Assembly (NCBI GenBank): GCA_964016885.1
Contig: OZ024756.1
Coordinates: 3,100,001 to 3,164,000 of the forward strand
Direction of reading: 5' to 3'
Length of the DNA stretch: 64,000 nt
From: Eledone cirrhosa
Lineage: Eukaryota
Shown: piece after piece, positions 58,782 to 64,000 of the stretch
Layout of the letters: each line of letters opens with the position of its first letter
Numbering within the stretch: position 1 is the first letter of the stretch
Notes under the pieces: generated by a model
Told to the model about the DNA's origin: nothing
The model's database searches: none
Seen by the model: the letters and a program-made list of their open reading frames with translations, nothing else
Made by a program: the position numbers and the translations under genes

Positions 58782-61691
58782 TTAATATTTTTTTAAGGCA
58801 ACGCTTGTAATAACTCTAGTTAAACAGGATATATATTAATAATAAATTATCGTTGTAATGTAATTAGATTATGTAATTGTTATTATAAATTATCTTATAA
58901 ATATTAGTGTAAGATGTATAAAAATATTTTCAGACTTTTAATATAAACAACTACAAAAAACAATCAATATTAAATCAATATATTATACATAATAGAAAAC
59001 ATAAAATATACAATACAAAAACAAAATATTTACATACAATTGCAATTATCAGTGTATATACATTTTCTTTATATTCCCTGAGCAAATTAATAAGATTTGT
59101 TTTTATTGTACATAATTTGATGACTTGTTGGAGTGTATTAAAAGATAGCAACAATTTGTGATTAAATTGTTACCTTAAGCAACTCACTTTTTAATAGTTG
59201 TTGGCTGAGCGAAATTGTAAAAGCCTATGAGCAAATATAAAAAAAAATACACAAACAACATTTCCTTGTGTTATTACAACATTAGATAAAATAATTGAGC
59301 AATGTCGTTATATTTTGCTCTTATTGCACATTAATAGTGTTTCTATTTTTCGGCACAAATCCATTACGGCAGTCCATTACTGGTACTTTATTTTATCGAA
59401 TTAGTAAGTATGAAAGTCGAAGTTAACCTCGGCAGGATTTGAACTTAGAATGCAAAGGACCATAACAATACTGCAAAGCATGGTGTCTGACGCTCTACCA
59501 ATACTTGTGTTGAGCTGGTCATTAATTTATGGTGGTCGTGCGTGGAGTAGAGCAATCGCTAGTTGAAATATTATGAACAAAACATTTTTATTTGCCGAAG
59601 AACATATTTTCAATACTGTTTGTGAATGTGACGAAGGAAATACATTCTGATATGGAACAGTGTACAAAGTGTGTCTGTGAATAACATAATGTTACCTCAT
59701 GTTGTTGTCAAGACATAATGGATTTCGTATATCCAGTTAGAAGATGAAACCTAGCCATCTCGGATTAGTTATATTTCATGCCATGTGTAAACGTGTTTGA
59801 GGATAGCAAAATATGCGCGTTAATTATAATAATTAGTTAATAATATTACAAAATATACCTAATTAAACTCTTTGCTTGAAATTTTATCATTCTTCGTTTA
59901 TACATATATATATATATAGAGAGAGAGAGAGATGTATCTAGTCCTTCGCTCAAGATTAATCTATAAGTTTAGATGTTTGCCTTCGTTTAAGTAAATATTA
60001 CAGTAAGATTTTTAATATAAACAACTACAAAAAACAATTAATATTAAAACGAAAAAATGATCAATGATAAAAGAAGCGGATGCAACTTTTTTTTTTATAA
60101 AGTTATATTCCTGTTTCTTTAAAGAACATTTCATTTTTGTTCTATTGTAGGCGAAATAATGCAATGGTTTAATAGGGAAGATATAACTTACGAATTATGT
60201 CTCTAACCGTGTAACGCTTTTTAAGTAGATAACTACAATTGAAAATACTAAAGAAATGGAACCAACAATTAAATTTGAAAGTCGTCTAGTGACAGTGTAT
60301 TACTGGTACTTTATTTTATCGACCCCGTAACGATGAAAGGCAAAAATGCAAATGCTTAAAATTTAAATTGCCTTAATTCTATCGTCTGCTGTTTCATTAA
60401 AGGGAGATTATCGTCTGTATTTAATTCTATCGTCTACTGTTCCACTAAACAGATATACCTCCACTATCGTCTCTATTTATACATTTTAACTTATAACTTA
60501 TACACATTTGATTTGAAATATTTTATCTAGTCCCCCCTCTCAATATTATGATGATTTCTTTCGAATGAAACAGTTCTAGTCCTGTAGAAGCCATATATAA
60601 ATATAATTGAACTGAGTTAAAAATTCACAATATTTATAATTAAATAAGCTCATATATATATGTGTGTATTTATCTGTTTATTGTATTATATATAATGTGT
60701 GTATATACAGGATGTCCCCCAAAAATATATACACACTTCAACAGCATTCTAATAACTATTCCCTGTACAGGTAATCAAAGTGTCAATCGAATGTTAGTTT
60801 CGTGTTTTAACAGTACAAATTTACAATACACACATAAAACCAGTGTATATACATACATGAGTGTGTATACACATACATGAATGTGTATATACAATATATA
60901 TGTATATATATATAGACACATATATTCACGGTGCAACGGTACATTAAAATATAGATGCGGGAGAGGGGGGGTGTATATATAGGGGCGCTGGGGATAAAGG
61001 AGTGTAAAGCGTGTGTAATTGATATATTGAAGGAGAGGAGCGTGCAGCGATAGAGTAACAAATATATAGAGAGAGGGAGAGATGGTATTGAAGGGGAGGA
61101 GTGCAAAGCGAAAGAGTAAGAGATATATATAGAGACGGAACAGATAGAGAGAAACAGGCGTAAGTAACAGTGGAAGAGATATAGAGAGAGGTACTCTGAT
61201 TGGTTGAAAATTAGCCAATGACATACGATCACCACCACCACGGCTATCCCCGAAAAATTTTTAAAGAAGCTAGGCATATATGTTAGAACACGAAAAGTGA
61301 ACATTCTGTTGTTTCACACTTTTCGTGTTCTAACAGATATATATTTATAACGAAGGAGGTGTGGTAAGGAACTAGATGGACCATAACGCACCAGAGTACT
61401 CAATATTTAGGGTAGTAGAGTGGGTAATAGGAAAAAGTATGACCCCAACGGCAGAGCTCAAGCCGTTTCGACGACTATTTCAGGCCAGAAATAGCCGTCG
61501 ACACGGCTTCAGCTCTGCCATCAGGGTCATACTTTTTCTATATATATATATATATAAGCAAAGAGATATTTAATTTGTTAGTAATTCAACAAATATATAT
61601 ATTTATAACTGATTCGAAGCACTCGACACATTTTCTGGAGTATACTATCAATGATATTAATGACTGGAAACTATATTTATAAAACCATATT

Positions 61692-61752
61692 TATTCTATT
61701 ATATATATTTCAAGGGTACCAAAACTTTGGTACGCCCTCATCAGATAAAATA
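61692..61752 (-). ncRNA. Type I hammerhead (ATATATAT family)
   Basis: TATTTTAT-CTGATGA-GGGCGTACCAAA..TTTGGTACCCTT-GAAA-TATATAT-A-ATAGAATA. Confidence 0.8.
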
Positions 61753-61814
61753 CAAATTTGTTTTAGAAATAGAGACATATCCAGGAATCAGACCTTAACA
61801 GTTCAGGTGCCGTT

Positions 61815-62487
<673 letters not shown>

Positions 62488-62493
62488 TATATA

Positions 62494-62974
62494 TTAGATT
62501 GTTAAACAATATTCAATGATTATGTCAAAGAATTAGTTTTACAGTAGATTGGAAGCACTCCATTTTCTGGAGTTATTAATATTAAAATATAAGTATTCAT
62601 AACATAGATGTTCTTTTGATCAATTACATTTTATTATACATATTTCGGATGTACAACAGTATGTCCTCATCAGACAAAACATAATGATGCATGACATACC
62701 CTGAGGTGTTAAATGGTTCAGATTTAATCAAGGTACTATATTCACAAGTGTTTTTAAGCTTCATATCATGTCTCCTTATGTTATCTGATGAGAACGCAGA
62801 TATCATCCCATGATGATATATATTAGATTACCTTGATTAAATCTTAACCATTTAACATCTCAGGGTATGTCATGTATCATTATATTTTGTCTGATGAGGA
62901 TGTACTGTTGTACATCCGAAATATGTATAATAAAATGTAATTGATCAAAAGAACATATATTTTATTAATACTTA

Positions 62975-62980
<6 letters not shown>
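62494..62980. mobile_element. Inverted-repeat element with two hammerheads (62628-62679 minus, 62884-62936 plus)
   Basis: ATTTTGT-CTGATGA-GGATGTAC-TGTT-GTACATCC-GAAA-TATGTAT-A-ATAAAAT; perfect 8-bp stem II. Confidence 0.88.
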
Positions 62981-63059
<79 letters not shown>

Positions 63060-63120
63060 GTGTGTGTGTGTGTGTATATATATGTGTGTGTGTGTGTGTA
63101 TATATATATGTGTGTGTGTG

Positions 63121-63185
<65 letters not shown>

Positions 63186-63194
63186 ATGTATATA

Positions 63195-63351
<157 letters not shown>

Positions 63352-63360
63352 ATGTATATA

Positions 63361-63399
<39 letters not shown>

Positions 63400-63820
63400 G
63401 TGTCTGTGTATATATATATGGCTAGAGATAGAGATATAGAGAGATGTATACATGTGTTTATTGTGAATCTGCCTGCGTATAGATATGTCTACTAATGTGT
63501 GTTTGTGAATTTTACTACGTGTATATATATATACGTATATGTATATTTGTTATATGTGAGTATGTATGCCGATATGAGAGTGTGTGTGTGTATGTGTGCG
63601 TATATGTATGTGAGTGTGTGTGTGTGAGTGCACGTGTGTATGTACGAATTCCATTTGTTTTAAGTGTGTGTATTGAAGCGTGTGGCTTGGCGAGATCTGT
63701 TATATCGTAAAAGCTTCCTAGATATCTGAAGACCGCCATGTTAAACTTGCAAACGTACAAGTAATTATACAACCGTAAAGAGACTATATACCACCCGCCA
63801 GGGGAAACCCTGTATATCTA

Positions 63821-63873
<53 letters not shown>

Positions 63874-63900
63874 GTAATATATACATGCATAATATATATC

Positions 63901-63950
<50 letters not shown>

Positions 63951-64000
63951 GTATTGATATGTATATATATATGTGTGTGTGTATATATATATATATATAT

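Overview
AT-rich, microsatellite-saturated animal genomic DNA with one 200-N assembly gap. The dominant tRNA-derived SINE resembles octopus SINEs, so a cephalopod origin is likely (inference). There is no intact protein-coding gene; almost all listed ORFs are translations of simple repeats. Supported content: about 24 copies or fragments of one SINE, decayed RTE-, L1/Tx1- and RLE-type LINEs, a deleted mariner, three MITEs, three minisatellite arrays (59, 17 and 81 bp), two Penelope-like (PLE) remnants with GIY-YIG endonuclease, and two weak candidate host exons on the minus strand. The main signal is a dense population of type I hammerhead ribozyme (HHR) motifs. By eye there are about 29 with intact cores and about 10 degenerate or partial, in many unrelated short non-coding elements, mostly embedded in (TA)n. 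These elements form fold-back palindromes or 0.5-0.65 kb terminally redundant or tandem units (retrozyme-like). Several use a compensated U3-A8 core, most have palindromic stem III, and many share an RAGTRC(T) motif near the 3' end. PLE-associated HHRs and retrozymes are known classes; whether these families are described cannot be determined without a database search. All structures and coordinates were assigned by eye and none has been tested for activity.
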